Assembly: GCA_021156085.1 (NCBI GenBank)
Contig: JAJNBC010000014.1
Location: forward strand, 310 to 64,309
Direction: 5' to 3'
Length of the DNA stretch: 64,000 nt
Origin: Gammaproteobacteria bacterium
Lineage (GTDB): Bacteria; Pseudomonadota; Gammaproteobacteria; DSM-16500
Below, piece after piece: positions 41,037-54,812 of this stretch (positions within the stretch are counted from its first letter, which is position 1; every line of letters starts with the position of its first letter). The notes beneath the pieces were generated by a model. It saw only the letters and a program-made list of their open reading frames with translations. It was not told the origin of the DNA and searched no databases. The position numbers and the translations under genes were made by a program.

Positions 41037-42078
41037 TATTACACCGCTGGAATAAATTTTATATTTTTTTAACTGTTCTTTTTTTGGGTTGGTTATTTCA
41101 TTTGCTCGCTCCTATTTTAACACCTTTCTTAATAGGAGCCTTATTAGCCTATTGTGTGGACCCTTTGGTAACACAATTAATGCGATTACGTCTATCACGT
41201 TTGCTCAGCGTTATTATTATATTTTCGCTTTTATTCTTAGTCATCGCTTTATTTTTTTTATGTCTTACCCCTGTTATTCAAACTCAAATTCAAAATCTCT
41301 CTAACGCACTTCCTAATATGATTACGTGGATACAACAAACATGTATGACTTGGCTAGCCAATCTGGGAATACATGAACCCAATGTGGGCACCCTCAAGAC
41401 TACCTTGGTTGAACATTTGACCCAACCCGGCAGTGATGCCGCAGGAAAATTTTTTGATACTATTTTACATTCGGGTTTTGTGTTGATGGAATGGCTTGTT
41501 CATTTAATTCTTATCCCTGTAGTAACATTTTATTTATTACTCGATTGGAAAAAAGTCATCATCGGCATACATCATTTAATACCGCGTCGAATTGAGCCTA
41601 CCGTAATAAGATTGATGAAAGAATGCAATGCCGTATTAAGTGCCTTTTTTAGAGGACAATTAATAGTAATGGTAGCCCTAAGCGTGCTTTATTCAACGGG
41701 TTTAACTTTAATTGGCTTACGAATCGGTTTAATTTTAGGTTTGATCATTGGCACTATCAGTATCGTGCCTTACCTAGGCGTCATTATAGGAGTGACAGCC
41801 GCAAGTATTGCAACTTATATACAATTTAATACTTTTTCATCTGTTTTATTAGTGTGGTTACTCTTTGGTGTGGGGCATTTGTTTGAACATTTATATTTAA
41901 CCCCTAAGTTAGTAGGCGATCGCATTGGTTTGCATCCTGTCGCAGTGATTTTTGCTATTCTAGCAGGAGGTAAATTATTTGGATTTTTTGGGGTATTGTT
42001 AGCTTTACCTGCTGCGGCAGTCATCATGGTATGGCTACGTTATTTAATCAAACGTTATCACGCGAGCTCGCTATATAG

Positions 42079-42082
<4 letters not shown>
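41024..42082 (+). CDS. perM: AI-2E family transporter (PerM/YdiK-like permease)
   Basis: 8-TM protein of ~350 aa adjacent to hda. AI-2E-like TM pattern. Confidence 0.65.
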
Positions 42083-44113
<2,031 letters not shown>

Positions 44114-44114
<1 letters not shown>

Positions 44115-44407
44115 TGATTCCTTTCGGTCAAATCCAATTTAAATTACTGCCTATTATTTTGGTGCTATTGTTGGTATTTTTGCAATATAAACTTTGGTAT
44201 GGCACTGGGGGAATAAAAAATATGGTAGCGTTGAAAAAACAACTTACCAGTCAAACCCAAATCAACGATGTCTTAAAAAAACAGAACCACGAATTACTGC
44301 AGCAAGTGCGCTATTTACGCACCAATAAAGATGCAATTGAAGCGCGGGCAAGACAAGAATTAGGCATGATAAAAAAGGGTGAAACGTTTTATCAGATCAT
44401 CAAATAA
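44114..44407 (+). CDS. ftsB: Cell division protein FtsB
   Basis: Small TM + coiled-coil protein directly after eno. 97 aa. Confidence 0.75.
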
Positions 44408-44419
44408 AGAAGGAACGCT

Positions 44420-45178
44420 ATGAAAATATTAATTAGTAATGATGATGGAGTTTTGGCACCAGGCTTAGCCATTTTAGCCAAAACATTAAGTGAAATTGCT
44501 GATGTTACCGTAGTCTCACCTGATCGTAACCGTAGTGGAGCCAGTAACTCTTTATCGTTAGTCAATCCTCTTCGGGTAACAACAGCAGAAAATGGTTTTT
44601 ATAGTGTCAATGGAACGCCCACCGATTGTGTACACTTGGCCGTGACGGGTTTACTAAAAGAAATGCCTAATATGGTTGTCTCGGGAATTAATGAAGGATC
44701 TAACTTAAGTGACGATGTGTTGTATTCCGGCACAGTGGCCGCTGCTATGGAAGGACGTTTCTTAGGCGTATCCTCTATTGCGGTATCCCTCGCAGGACCT
44801 AAATGTCTACATTATGAAACAGCTGCACATATTGCTAAATTAATGGTCATTCGCTTAAAACAAGATCCTTTACCTAAAAATACTATTTTGAATGTGAATA
44901 TACCGGATGTGTCATTGAATGATCTACGAGGAATCCAAGTCACTCGTCTGGGCACCCGTCATGTTGCAGAACCTACTATTAAAACAGTCGATCCCCGTGG
45001 GCGTCGCATTTACTGGATAGGACAACCAGGGCCAGAAGAAGATGCAGGGCCGGGCACAGATTTTTATGCTGTTAGTTCAGGTTTTGCTTCTATTACACCT
45101 TTGCAGCTTGATTTAACTCATTATGAAGTTTTTGAACAATTATCGGGGTGGATAAAAGCACTTAATATAGGGGAATAA
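44420..45178 (+). CDS. surE: 5'/3'-nucleotidase SurE
   Basis: MKILISNDDGV…DRNRSG…NGTPTDCV motifs. surE-nlpD-rpoS synteny. Confidence 0.9.
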   Translation: MKILISNDDGVLAPGLAILAKTLSEIADVTVVSPDRNRSGASNSLSLVNPLRVTTAENGFYSVNGTPTDCVHLAVTGLLKEMPNMVVSGINEGSNLSDDVLYSGTVAAAMEGRFLGVSSIAVSLAGPKCLHYETAAHIAKLMVIRLKQDPLPKNTILNVNIPDVSLNDLRGIQVTRLGTRHVAEPTIKTVDPRGRRIYWIGQPGPEEDAGPGTDFYAVSSGFASITPLQLDLTHYEVFEQLSGWIKALNIGE

Positions 45179-45949
45179 ATGATAAAAATCTTTTCGCACC
45201 TTCTTCTCCTCTTCTTGCTACAGCTAGGATTAAACGCCTGTACAAATAGTAGGATGGACGCTGCACCTGTTACGGATGTTAATATGATAGAACCCGTACC
45301 TAAGAATGGTATCTATCATGTGGCTGCAGGTGAAACCCTCTACTCTATCGCGTGGCGATATGGCGTAGACTATCGTGAATTAGCCCAACGTAATCATTTA
45401 ACCCGTCCTTATACGGTAAAAGCAGGTCAACTTATTTATTTAACCTCCTCTTCACCGACACCCAAAACAAAATCTATTACCCCGCAATTCCTCAACTCCA
45501 CTCCACCCGCTATAGTTGTTTCAACACATCCTGCTAATAAACATGCCAGTGTTACTCCTCCTGACCAAGAACCTCATCATTCCATTTCTTTTTGGGGTTG
45601 GCCAGCCCAAGGTCGAATTGTAGATGCTTTTTCTTCTATTAATAAAGGCATTAATATTGCGGGCTACGTGGGGAGTCCTATATTCGCAGCAGCGGCGGGT
45701 AAAATTGTTTACAGTGGGCATGGGTTACGCGGTTATGGGAACTTAATTATTATTAAACACAATAGCAAATTTTTATCTGCTTATGCACATAATAAGAAAA
45801 TACTTGTCAAAGAAGGAGATTGGGTAACAAATGGTCAAAAAATTGCAGAAATGGGTAACACGGGCGCACACCGTACTCTACTGCATTTTGAAATACGACG
45901 TAATGGCCAGCCGGTGAATCCCCTCATTTATTTAACGCATAAAGTTTAA
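45179..45949 (+). CDS. nlpD: Lipoprotein NlpD (LysM + M23 peptidase domain)
   Basis: Lipobox LNAC. LysM ([27 protein letters not shown]). C-terminal M23 (GINI…GNLIIIKH…HFEIR). Confidence 0.85.
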   Translation: MIKIFSHLLLLFLLQLGLNACTNSRMDAAPVTDVNMIEPVPKNGIYHVAAGETLYSIAWRYGVDYRELAQRNHLTRPYTVKAGQLIYLTSSSPTPKTKSITPQFLNSTPPAIVVSTHPANKHASVTPPDQEPHHSISFWGWPAQGRIVDAFSSINKGINIAGYVGSPIFAAAAGKIVYSGHGLRGYGNLIIIKHNSKFLSAYAHNKKILVKEGDWVTNGQKIAEMGNTGAHRTLLHFEIRRNGQPVNPLIYLTHKV

Positions 45950-45998
45950 TATAATGTTTTTAGGATCAAAGACTGTATCCTACGAAAAGGACAAAGGA

Positions 45999-47063
45999 AT
46001 GCCTAAAAAAAGAATTCAGAAGAGTAGTAAGCCACGTTTATCTCTTAAGGCAAAAAATAAGAAGAAACCACTTACTGTTAAAAAAACAAGTTTAAAAAAT
46101 GTAAAGCCGCTTTTACCCCTTCAAGTAAACAAAAAAAAGACACCAGACAAGAAGCTTACCTCCAATTTGCTTCAAGAAAAGCAAAATAATAAAAACAGCA
46201 AACAAAAAGATGAAGCCTTTACAGAAGTCAGCACATCGACTGATCCCACACAAATTTATCTTGCCGAAATTGGTCATTCTCCGCTTCTTTCTAATGAAGA
46301 AGAAATTTATTATGCGAGACTTATTCAGCGGGGGGATCAATCAGCTCGCGCCAAAATGATAAAAAGTAATTTACGACTAGTCGTGAAAATTGCCCGACAT
46401 TATTATAATCGTGGACTTGAATTTCTTGATTTGATTGAAGAGGGAAATTTAGGCTTATTACGTGCGGTAGAAAAATATGATCCTGAACGTGGCTTCCGAT
46501 TTTCGACGTATGCCACTTGGTGGATACGGCAAACAATTGAACGAGCTATTATGAATCAAAGTCGTACCATCAGATTACCCACTCATGTGATCCGGGAATT
46601 GAATATGTATTTATCTGCTGCGCGTGAAATTCTACGCACCGAAAACCACGAACCCAGCTATCAAGAAATTGCTGATAAACTTGATAAGCCTGTGAAAGAA
46701 GTTAAAGAAATGTTAGAACTGAATGAGCATGTACTATCATTAGATATGGTAGTAGGCGGTGACCCAGATACAAGCAAGCCCTTAGTGGATACCATTGCAG
46801 ATAAAAATAAAACAGATCCCGCGGAAATATTAGCTGAGGAATATCTTTCGCATGATATTGAAGATTGTTTGCAAGCATTGACAAAAAAGCAACGTGAAGT
46901 ACTCTGCCAGCGCTTTGGTCTCATGGGGTTTGAACGAGAAACCTTAGATGAAGTAGGTCGATCGATTGGATTGACACGAGAGCGAGTGCGGCAAATTCAA
47001 ATGAGTGGGTTAAAAGCATTGCGAGAATTGATGAAAGCGAAAGGAATCACAAAAGAAAATTGA
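45999..47063 (+). CDS. rpoS: RNA polymerase sigma factor RpoS
   Basis: σ70 regions 2-4 (YLAEIG…, [37 protein letters not shown]). Downstream of nlpD. Start at MPKKRIQ within the longer ORF. Confidence 0.85.
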   Translation: MPKKRIQKSSKPRLSLKAKNKKKPLTVKKTSLKNVKPLLPLQVNKKKTPDKKLTSNLLQEKQNNKNSKQKDEAFTEVSTSTDPTQIYLAEIGHSPLLSNEEEIYYARLIQRGDQSARAKMIKSNLRLVVKIARHYYNRGLEFLDLIEEGNLGLLRAVEKYDPERGFRFSTYATWWIRQTIERAIMNQSRTIRLPTHVIRELNMYLSAAREILRTENHEPSYQEIADKLDKPVKEVKEMLELNEHVLSLDMVVGGDPDTSKPLVDTIADKNKTDPAEILAEEYLSHDIEDCLQALTKKQREVLCQRFGLMGFERETLDEVGRSIGLTRERVRQIQMSGLKALRELMKAKGITKEN

Positions 47064-47214
47064 ACATATATTATCTACCCCCCGAATTAAGTGCGTTACT
47101 TCAAATAAAAATCTTAATTAACTAACTCATTTTACCCCCTCCTAACCCTTTAGTGACAGTATGGGATAGCTAGAGTATAATTTAGGCTTTTATAAAATAA
47201 TTAACTAGGCTCGT

Positions 47215-48867
47215 ATGCAAAAGAAAACACGCAAAATGCTGGTAACTTATGCTTTACCTTACGCCAATGGCTCTCTGCACTTAGGTCACTTGGCTGGATT
47301 TATTCAAACAGATATTTGGGTGCGCTTTCAAAAAATGCGAGAAGTAGAATGCTTATTTATTTGTGGTTGCGATGGTCACGGCACCCCTATCATGATTCAA
47401 GCGGAAAAACTTAAATTAGCGCCTGAAAAATTAGTTGGGCAGGTTCGCGCTGAGCATCAAAAAGATATAAAAGGATTTCTCATTGGATTGGATAACTATC
47501 ACACTACCCATTCAAGTGAAAATCAAGCATTGGTTAATATAATTTTTCAGCGCCATGTGGAAAAAGGCAATATTAATAAGCGTGTGATTAAGCAAGCGTA
47601 TGATCCTGAAAAAAAAATGTTTCTGCCTGATCGTTATATTAAAGGTGAATGCCCTCGCTGCCAGGCGCAAGATCAATATGGCGATAATTGTGAAGCTTGT
47701 GGCGCTACTTATGCGCCCATGGAGCTAAAAAATCCTTACTCTACTTTATCTGGTATTAAACCTATTGAAAAAGAATCTGAACATTATTTTTTTAAATTAC
47801 AAAATTATGCTGCCTTGTTGCAGGAATGGACCCGGGAAGGACATTTACAAGAACAAGTGACTCATAAGCTCGATGAATGGTTTCAAGTAGGTCTGCAAGA
47901 TTGGGATATTTCACGCGATGCCCCTTATTTTGGCTTTAAAATTCCTGGTGAGAATGATAAATATTTTTATTGCTGGCTCGATGCGCCTGTAGGTTATATT
48001 GCGAGCTTTCAGAATTATATATCCTGTCATTCTGAATATCATTTTTCTCAGTATTGGGAAGAAAAAAATAAAATTGAGCTATATCATTTTATAGGTAAAG
48101 ATATTCTTTATTTTCATACGCTTTTTTGGCCTGCTGTTTTAAGCGGCGCTGGCTTTCGCACGCCGACTGCCATATTTTGCCATGGTTTCTTAACCATTGA
48201 TGGTTATAAAATGTCTAAATCACGCGGGACCTTCATCAAAGCTCAAACTTATCTCTCACATTTACAGCCCGAATATTTTCGTTATTACCTGGCCACTAAA
48301 TTGAACGATCAAATAGAAGATATGGATGTTAATTTTGACGATTTCATGCAGCGCGTCAACTCTGATTTGGTTGGAAAGTTTGTTAATATTGCTAGCCGCT
48401 GTGCCAGTTTCATTAATAAGAATTTTTCGAATAAATTAGCAAAAAATATGGCTAAACCAGAATTATATAAAGCATTTTCCCAAGAAGGGGATGACATTGC
48501 TAAAAAATATGAAAAGCGTGATTTTAACCAAGCAATTCGACAAATCATGGCATTAGCCGATCGTGCCAATCAATATATTGATGAAAGAAAACCCTGGTCC
48601 ATGATTAAAGACATTCAACTACAACCAGAAACGCACGAAGTCTGTACGTTAGGTATTAACTTATTTTGCTTATTAGCTATTTATCTCAAACCAGTTTTAC
48701 CTGCGATTGCAGAGAAAGTAGAAGCTTTTCTCAGCGTCGCGCCTTTTAAATGGGCTGATAAAAATAAGCCTCTGCTTAATCACACTATTCAAATCTTTCA
48801 ACCACTCGCGCAACGCTTAGAAAAAACGCAAATTGATGCCCTCAAACAGGCAGCTCAGAATGAATAA
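47215..48867 (+). CDS. metG: Methionyl-tRNA synthetase (short form)
   Basis: HLGH and KMSKS motifs. Zn knuckle CPRC…CEAC. Confidence 0.9.
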   Translation: MQKKTRKMLVTYALPYANGSLHLGHLAGFIQTDIWVRFQKMREVECLFICGCDGHGTPIMIQAEKLKLAPEKLVGQVRAEHQKDIKGFLIGLDNYHTTHSSENQALVNIIFQRHVEKGNINKRVIKQAYDPEKKMFLPDRYIKGECPRCQAQDQYGDNCEACGATYAPMELKNPYSTLSGIKPIEKESEHYFFKLQNYAALLQEWTREGHLQEQVTHKLDEWFQVGLQDWDISRDAPYFGFKIPGENDKYFYCWLDAPVGYIASFQNYISCHSEYHFSQYWEEKNKIELYHFIGKDILYFHTLFWPAVLSGAGFRTPTAIFCHGFLTIDGYKMSKSRGTFIKAQTYLSHLQPEYFRYYLATKLNDQIEDMDVNFDDFMQRVNSDLVGKFVNIASRCASFINKNFSNKLAKNMAKPELYKAFSQEGDDIAKKYEKRDFNQAIRQIMALADRANQYIDERKPWSMIKDIQLQPETHEVCTLGINLFCLLAIYLKPVLPAIAEKVEAFLSVAPFKWADKNKPLLNHTIQIFQPLAQRLEKTQIDALKQAAQNE

Positions 48868-49249
48868 TTTTAAGCCCCGTATGCTCGCTATCATTCGGGA
48901 AGCAGACTGCATTGGCTGCACTCGGTGCATTCAAGCTTGCCCTGCAGATGCTATTTTAGGCAGTGCCCAATGGATGCATACTGTTATTGCAGAGGAATGT
49001 ATTGGTTGTCAATTGTGCATTCCTCCCTGCCCCGTTGATTGCATTGAAATGGTACCGATCCTGGAACCCACAGAAAATAAATCAGTTCGTAAGCAAAAAG
49101 CTGTACATTTTCGCAAGCGCTATCATGCTCGCCAGGCGCGATTGCTCCATGAAGCCCAATCACAACCTGTAACTCTACACGAAAAGGGTGATAAAAAAGC
49201 CTATATTCAAGCTGCAATAGAACGAGCAAGGTTGAAGAAAATTAGATAG
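48860..49249 (+). CDS. 4Fe-4S dicluster ferredoxin-like protein
   Basis: Two CxxCxxCxxxCP motifs ([24 protein letters not shown]). Start uncertain (ORF from 48833). Confidence 0.6.
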   Translation: MNNFKPRMLAIIREADCIGCTRCIQACPADAILGSAQWMHTVIAEECIGCQLCIPPCPVDCIEMVPILEPTENKSVRKQKAVHFRKRYHARQARLLHEAQSQPVTLHEKGDKKAYIQAAIERARLKKIR

Positions 49250-49260
49250 AATAACTCATA

Positions 49261-49905
49261 TTATTTTTTTAAAGAAATTTTGAAGAGCTTTAATTTAGAA
49301 CCTCTTAAAACTGGCTCTTCCCCCTCTGGAGAGTCGGGAGTGAAAAATTGCAAGGAAGAAGTCACTTTTCTCTTTTCTTTGGCAAGTTTTTTTAGTGTTT
49401 CTAATTTTCCAAGGAGCGCCTCAAATTTATTATGGGCCGAGAAAAAATCTCGCATGTTATCGAAAATATTTTGAAAAGTGCTTTTTCTAAGCGAGCTAAA
49501 AATTTGTTCCTTTTCTGAATGCATACTCATTTTGGCTTTAGAAAGAGTGGATTTTGCTTTATTAATTTCCTTATTTACAGCAGAATCACATGCTACCTGT
49601 AATTTATAAAAGATTTTTAAGATATCGTTTAAGCGTGCTTCTGCTTCACCATAATGGTTATTCTGCGCATAATCTCGCATTGCTTGCAGCTGGATAATAG
49701 CTTCACTTATCTCTGTAGATATTTTTTTAAACTCTCCTGCTAGGGCATTTTTACTCCGCTTTTTTTCATCCACATGGCGAAACATAGCCTTCACCTCAAA
49801 TAAAAATAGAGCAATGCTTTTCATTAGCTTAAGTATAGCAAGTATAATAAATTTTTCTAAAACCCAATAAAAACAACCCATTAAAATCAGCAAAAAACAA
49901 GACAA
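49261..49905 (-). CDS. Hypothetical coiled-coil protein with N-terminal hydrophobic segment
   Basis: ORF only. No family recognised. Confidence 0.35.
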   Translation of the reverse strand: MSCFLLILMGCFYWVLEKFIILAILKLMKSIALFLFEVKAMFRHVDEKKRSKNALAGEFKKISTEISEAIIQLQAMRDYAQNNHYGEAEARLNDILKIFYKLQVACDSAVNKEINKAKSTLSKAKMSMHSEKEQIFSSLRKSTFQNIFDNMRDFFSAHNKFEALLGKLETLKKLAKEKRKVTSSLQFFTPDSPEGEEPVLRGSKLKLFKISLKK

Positions 49906-50019
49906 GAATAGAGCTAAGAAAAAATCCTAGCCATAGGCTAGTGTAGTCGCTTCAATGCAGCAGGACCATGCCTATCACTCACCTACAGCCTACTGTTAAA
50001 AGATTGTAATTTCTAACAG

Positions 50020-50757
50020 CTAGTCGCTCCCCTTCCCTCTTGCCGGTGGGGATGGAACCTCTGCGGAGTTTCCAAGCGCCTCCTTAACTTTTTTCTTATC
50101 CTGCAAGTAAGGAGGTAAAAAAATAGATGCATGTACCACGCTTAAAGCTGCAGTGGTCCCCCCTGCAAGCATCATTATAGGCACTACCGCAGGAAAAATA
50201 GGTGCACTTGCTACTAGGAAGGTTGATATTACAAGACTAGCAGCTAAAGCAGCCGCAGATTTTTTTAAGCTGCTAGACATAGGTAAATTTCTCACTACTT
50301 TCTCAAACTCTTCTACTTGAACCACTAAAAGATTCGTGCTCCTAGTACGCACAAGGAAGTCTGTTAGATATCGTTTCGAGGCAGCAGTAATTTCTGAATT
50401 GTTTACTACCAACCCCTCGAGCGCCGCCCTTTTTTCTTCTAAATCTTTCATCACCTTTTGAGAAAGATCTTGATATTGAACTTGCGTGATTAAAAGAGAC
50501 CAACTATCCGTCTCGTGCGGAGAAATCAGAAATTCCGATGGGCCTGTAAGGGAAGAGAAATATTGACCGAGTTTTTCAGCGAGGTGCTTTGCATCCTTCT
50601 CTTGAGTAAAAATTATTTTCAGACATACGTCTCCTGTTTTTTGTTCTCCCTGAGTTACAACACACTTTCTCCCACACAACCATTTTATTGCAGCTTCAAC
50701 TTCGGATAAATTTGGGGCTGCGTGTTTCTCTTCTGATGATTCGGAATTAACTGTCAT
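50020..50757 (-). CDS. Hypothetical protein with C-terminal TM hairpin (tail-anchored)
   Basis: ORF only. C-terminal AALAASLVISTFLVASAPIFPAVVPIMMLAGGTTAALSVV hydrophobic region. Confidence 0.4.
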   Translation of the reverse strand: MTVNSESSEEKHAAPNLSEVEAAIKWLCGRKCVVTQGEQKTGDVCLKIIFTQEKDAKHLAEKLGQYFSSLTGPSEFLISPHETDSWSLLITQVQYQDLSQKVMKDLEEKRAALEGLVVNNSEITAASKRYLTDFLVRTRSTNLLVVQVEEFEKVVRNLPMSSSLKKSAAALAASLVISTFLVASAPIFPAVVPIMMLAGGTTAALSVVHASIFLPPYLQDKKKVKEALGNSAEVPSPPARGKGSD

Positions 50758-50915
50758 ATTTGGTTACCTCTCTCTACCTTTAGGATTTTTAATTAATGAC
50801 TTTCTTTATGTATGTTTTATAAGTATAAGCTATTTTATTAATTTTTCAGCATATTTTATCCGTTATTTAGTAACAAAATGAGGTTAATCAAAATATTAGC
50901 CGGGGTTTTTTAATT

Positions 50916-53900
50916 TTAGTGAATTTGTTGTATTTTTAAGGGAGGGGTTGTATGGTTTGACCAGGAACCACTAACAAGATAATGATAAGTAGTCACTTTA
51001 GAGACTGCACTACTTGCTAATTTTTCAATGAACCATGTCACCGCACCGACTACCGGCCCCCCTGCTAGGGTAGCAACCACTGGGATACTACCGGTCACAT
51101 AAGGGGTCACACTCAAGATAAGATCACAATTTTTTTCCGCCAGATCCATTTTCCCTTTAATTTCAATGCGCGCAATAGGCCCATCAAAATAAGTATTTTT
51201 TGTGATAGCAGTGCTTTGTTTTAAAATAAAATAACCTTTCATCATATCAAAGCTATATCCTTTTTCGAATAAGTCGGTGAAATCCAAACTCAAGCGGCGT
51301 GGTAAGGTTTGTAAACTCAATATATTTAAGATACGGCCAAAGCCCATTTTGGCATCCGTTGAATCTCCTAAATTAATGATCCTACCTTTCCCTAATCTTA
51401 ATGTAGCATTACCAGAGATGCTAGCAAGCACAGGTTTGTAAGGCACATCAAACCAATTTAAATTGAAATCTACACTACCTTTACCCGCGATTAAATTGGC
51501 AGAATTAAATCCCCAATGATTCAATAATTGGCTCATATTTTGAGTGGTGAGATTGCCTTTTAATTCCGTTTTATTCTTATTTTTCTCAGACATCCATGTG
51601 CCAGTGGCATTTAAATTAGAAGAATCTAAGGTAATATTGAGCTTTTTTATTTGCAACCCCGTTTTGATAGGCATCGCATCTAATGCAACGCGCCCAAGAT
51701 TTATATCTTGATAATGCACTTCCTCTCCTACAAAGGAAAAAGAGGGGATTGTTTTAGGATCTATCTGTTCTGCATGCTCTTCCGGTATAAGATAAAAACG
51801 ACTAAATTGAGCTTTTATAAGGGAGGGGGGGGTCTGCATGGGCAACCAAATTTGCCCCGTCATTTCTCGACTGATCACCCCTATTTTCCAATTCAAGTGA
51901 TCTTGTGTAATTTGAATATGTGCTTGGGTTAAATGTTGCCCCATAATAGGAACTTGTTTAGCTTGAATATTAACACTCCGTAAAAGATGAATTACTGAAT
52001 TAGAATTTATTTGTTCCCTATTTTCATTCAAGGATAAATTATCAAAATAAGTACGCCACATTTTCCAATCTAATTTTTCTACTTGTCCCGTCACTAACAA
52101 ACCCGGTTGAACTTGCCAATTTGCTGTGCCATTGCTGCCTAAGCGTAATTCACCACTTTGAAAATGCCAACCCTGTATCGATTTGTCATACGTTAAAGCT
52201 GTCGTCAATAATTTTCCGTAGGTTATCTTAGCTTGGAAGGGATGGTTTTGTTTAAGAATCGCCATGAATTGAAAATCACGAGCTTCTTCGGCTTTCTTAG
52301 CATACACTTCAGGTAAATTAATCGTTAAACCTTTTAAATCTGAATGAATCAGCAATTGGCTGGGCTGGGGATAGTGGTGAGAAATAATATCAAGTTCCGC
52401 CGTGTACGAAGTTGTTCCTTTAAGAAATAATGTCAATGGCATAGTTAACCATTGCTGCAAGGTGGGAGATGAAATTTTACTTTGCAATATGGCTTTCATC
52501 ACGGGTGGGGCATTCGACGCGCGGACTGTATTAATCGTTAACTCGACAGGTTCACCCAATAACCGTGCTTTCATTTGCGTCGTGTGGATAGTACTCTCAG
52601 TAAAATGTAGAATACCTGCAATCTGATCAAGGACCAGGTTTCCGGCAGGTAAGTGCAACCTACCCGAAGCGATATTCACATCTGCTCTGGCTTTACTTTT
52701 TTCCGGCGTTTTGACAGGAATAGTCAAGGCTAAATTTAAGTTCATTCCTCCTGATAATTGCATTCCTTCTAAATCTTTCCCTATTGTATTATGCAACGGG
52801 CTTTCTTGAATAAAATGTAGGCCTTGCATTAGATCGGCGTTGACTTTTGCTTGTAAATTAAGAATTTGCGGATGTGCTGGACCAATATAAGGAATGTTAC
52901 CCTCGGCCATAGCAAGAGGTACATTAAAAATTTGCGCTGACTCCATTTCTGCCCTCATGGAATGACCCGAAAACACGAGTGTGCCATACAGATGGTGTAT
53001 AGCGGGCCACCGTGGCGCGTATTCAAACTCTAAATCTTTGACAGGCGCAGTAATAAGAAATTTCCCAGAGCCATTATCAAAAGGAAAATCACTCACTTTC
53101 CCTTGCACTAAAACTTTCCCCTCTACCACCTGGCCACCGTGGAAACGATGGTGTAACCATTTAACGAAAGGAGGCTCTAATATTTTCACGGGTAAATAAT
53201 TTTCAATTTGCGCTACATGAGGAATAGAAAATTTCCCAGATAAATTTAACAAAGGTGATTCATTTTGAGGACTGAGTAAAGTCATGTCTGTATTCAGAGA
53301 AATGTCTGAATTAGTTGCGTGAAAATTTTTTGCTTCTATTAACCAAGCATTTTTTTCATTTTTACGCCATTGCATTTCTCCTGCAACAGTGTCAAATCGA
53401 AGTGGTTTGGAAAAAAGGGAATTCAATTTTATAGTGGTTTGGTGGCCATTCAATATTAATTGACCTTCTTTACCATTCCAAGCAATGGAACCGCTTATAT
53501 TCATTAAACCAGGTAATTTTTTATAGGGATCCACACTAAAATCAGAAAATTCTGCGGAAGATAAATTATTTTCTGGCTCAGCTACATTATCTAACTGCAT
53601 TTTTAATGAGTGCACTTGGCCCTTCATATTGAGATCTACTAATAGTTTTTGCATCGATCTAGGCAATAAACCACTGGCCAATGCTAATTCCTCACTATCT
53701 GCAAGATCAAGATAACCTATTTGCAGCCTATATCCCCCTCTTTTCCTTCTAAGCGGAGGCACTGGCGTTTGAGTGTCGGATAATAGAGTAAGTGAAAATT
53801 GGGTCTTTGGCCAAAGATGGTGAGGGAAATCAATGAATAGATCTTCGCCGGAAAATATTTGATGCTCTCCTTCTCGTCTCCAACCTATTTTACCATTGAT

Positions 53901-54809
53901 ACGTGGAATAAGGACGATTTTTTGAGTAATAAGAGATTGTAACTGTATTTCATATAGTTGAAATTGGCTTTGTATTTTTTGTAATTTTCCATGGTCCCAA
54001 ATCACCCAAAATTTCCCGCTGCCCACCCCCCTTTTAATCTGCAATTTCTGCCAATCTTGTTGGCCTATCCATTGAGGCAATGAAACACTTTCCAAATAAA
54101 GATACAGATGAGCACCATTACTATGCATAATGTCGAACGTATTGCCTTGCCACTGTAGATGAACTTTCATTTTCATTGGCATAACTTGATTGAGGATAGC
54201 TGACCCTCTTAATTCATGGTTGGTAGGAGTATTACGTAAATTCAGTGATATTAAAGTCACTGCTCTTTTGGGCCCTTCTTCCGGAACAAATTGAATTTTA
54301 ATATTGCGCAATCCTAGATAAGGCTGGGAAAAAATCCAGGCCCCCATAGCATTGCCAGCGATAGAACTACCTGTAAAATTATCGGTGAACACTAAATTAT
54401 TTAGACCTTCAATATGCAATTGTCCTGATTTTTTTTGATAGAGGGTCAAGTGAACACCGTAAATTCTAATATCTTGCGGTAAAAGTTTTTTTTGCCAGAC
54501 GCTTTGAATTATTCGTAAATTAATTTTGAGTAATTGAATTTCAAAAGTAGGTTTGCGTGTTTGTTTATCTAAAACGGCCACTTTCTGAAGAACCAGCTCT
54601 GGTTCACAACGTCTCCAAGCAATATGTACTTGATGAATAGTAATAGGTATATTAAGTAAATCACTTGCCCACTTTGCAAAATCAGCACGATGCTCATTTA
54701 AATAGGGGGTTAATAATTCGCTAAGACTTACTGCTGTGGCTGCTAGGATGACCCATGCAGCAACGCAATAAATCATCCCTCGTATAAATTTTCCTATCCA
54801 ATTTGTCAC
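50916..54809 (-). CDS. yhdP: YhdP/AsmA-family large inner-membrane protein (phospholipid transport)
   Basis: 1297 aa. N-terminal TM. Located downstream of rng as in E. coli mreBCD-rng-yhdP. Confidence 0.75.
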   Translation of the reverse strand: MTNWIGKFIRGMIYCVAAWVILAATAVSLSELLTPYLNEHRADFAKWASDLLNIPITIHQVHIAWRRCEPELVLQKVAVLDKQTRKPTFEIQLLKINLRIIQSVWQKKLLPQDIRIYGVHLTLYQKKSGQLHIEGLNNLVFTDNFTGSSIAGNAMGAWIFSQPYLGLRNIKIQFVPEEGPKRAVTLISLNLRNTPTNHELRGSAILNQVMPMKMKVHLQWQGNTFDIMHSNGAHLYLYLESVSLPQWIGQQDWQKLQIKRGVGSGKFWVIWDHGKLQKIQSQFQLYEIQLQSLITQKIVLIPRINGKIGWRREGEHQIFSGEDLFIDFPHHLWPKTQFSLTLLSDTQTPVPPLRRKRGGYRLQIGYLDLADSEELALASGLLPRSMQKLLVDLNMKGQVHSLKMQLDNVAEPENNLSSAEFSDFSVDPYKKLPGLMNISGSIAWNGKEGQLILNGHQTTIKLNSLFSKPLRFDTVAGEMQWRKNEKNAWLIEAKNFHATNSDISLNTDMTLLSPQNESPLLNLSGKFSIPHVAQIENYLPVKILEPPFVKWLHHRFHGGQVVEGKVLVQGKVSDFPFDNGSGKFLITAPVKDLEFEYAPRWPAIHHLYGTLVFSGHSMRAEMESAQIFNVPLAMAEGNIPYIGPAHPQILNLQAKVNADLMQGLHFIQESPLHNTIGKDLEGMQLSGGMNLNLALTIPVKTPEKSKARADVNIASGRLHLPAGNLVLDQIAGILHFTESTIHTTQMKARLLGEPVELTINTVRASNAPPVMKAILQSKISSPTLQQWLTMPLTLFLKGTTSYTAELDIISHHYPQPSQLLIHSDLKGLTINLPEVYAKKAEEARDFQFMAILKQNHPFQAKITYGKLLTTALTYDKSIQGWHFQSGELRLGSNGTANWQVQPGLLVTGQVEKLDWKMWRTYFDNLSLNENREQINSNSVIHLLRSVNIQAKQVPIMGQHLTQAHIQITQDHLNWKIGVISREMTGQIWLPMQTPPSLIKAQFSRFYLIPEEHAEQIDPKTIPSFSFVGEEVHYQDINLGRVALDAMPIKTGLQIKKLNITLDSSNLNATGTWMSEKNKNKTELKGNLTTQNMSQLLNHWGFNSANLIAGKGSVDFNLNWFDVPYKPVLASISGNATLRLGKGRIINLGDSTDAKMGFGRILNILSLQTLPRRLSLDFTDLFEKGYSFDMMKGYFILKQSTAITKNTYFDGPIARIEIKGKMDLAEKNCDLILSVTPYVTGSIPVVATLAGGPVVGAVTWFIEKLASSAVSKVTTYHYLVSGSWSNHTTPPLKIQQIH

Positions 54810-54812
54810 TCT

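Noticed and set aside
51708-53199. Plus-strand ORFs 51708..51932, 52402..52626, 52981..53199
   Set aside because: They are contained within the 3.9-kb yhdP gene on the opposite strand. No independent signals. The G8 tract at about 51821 is coding.
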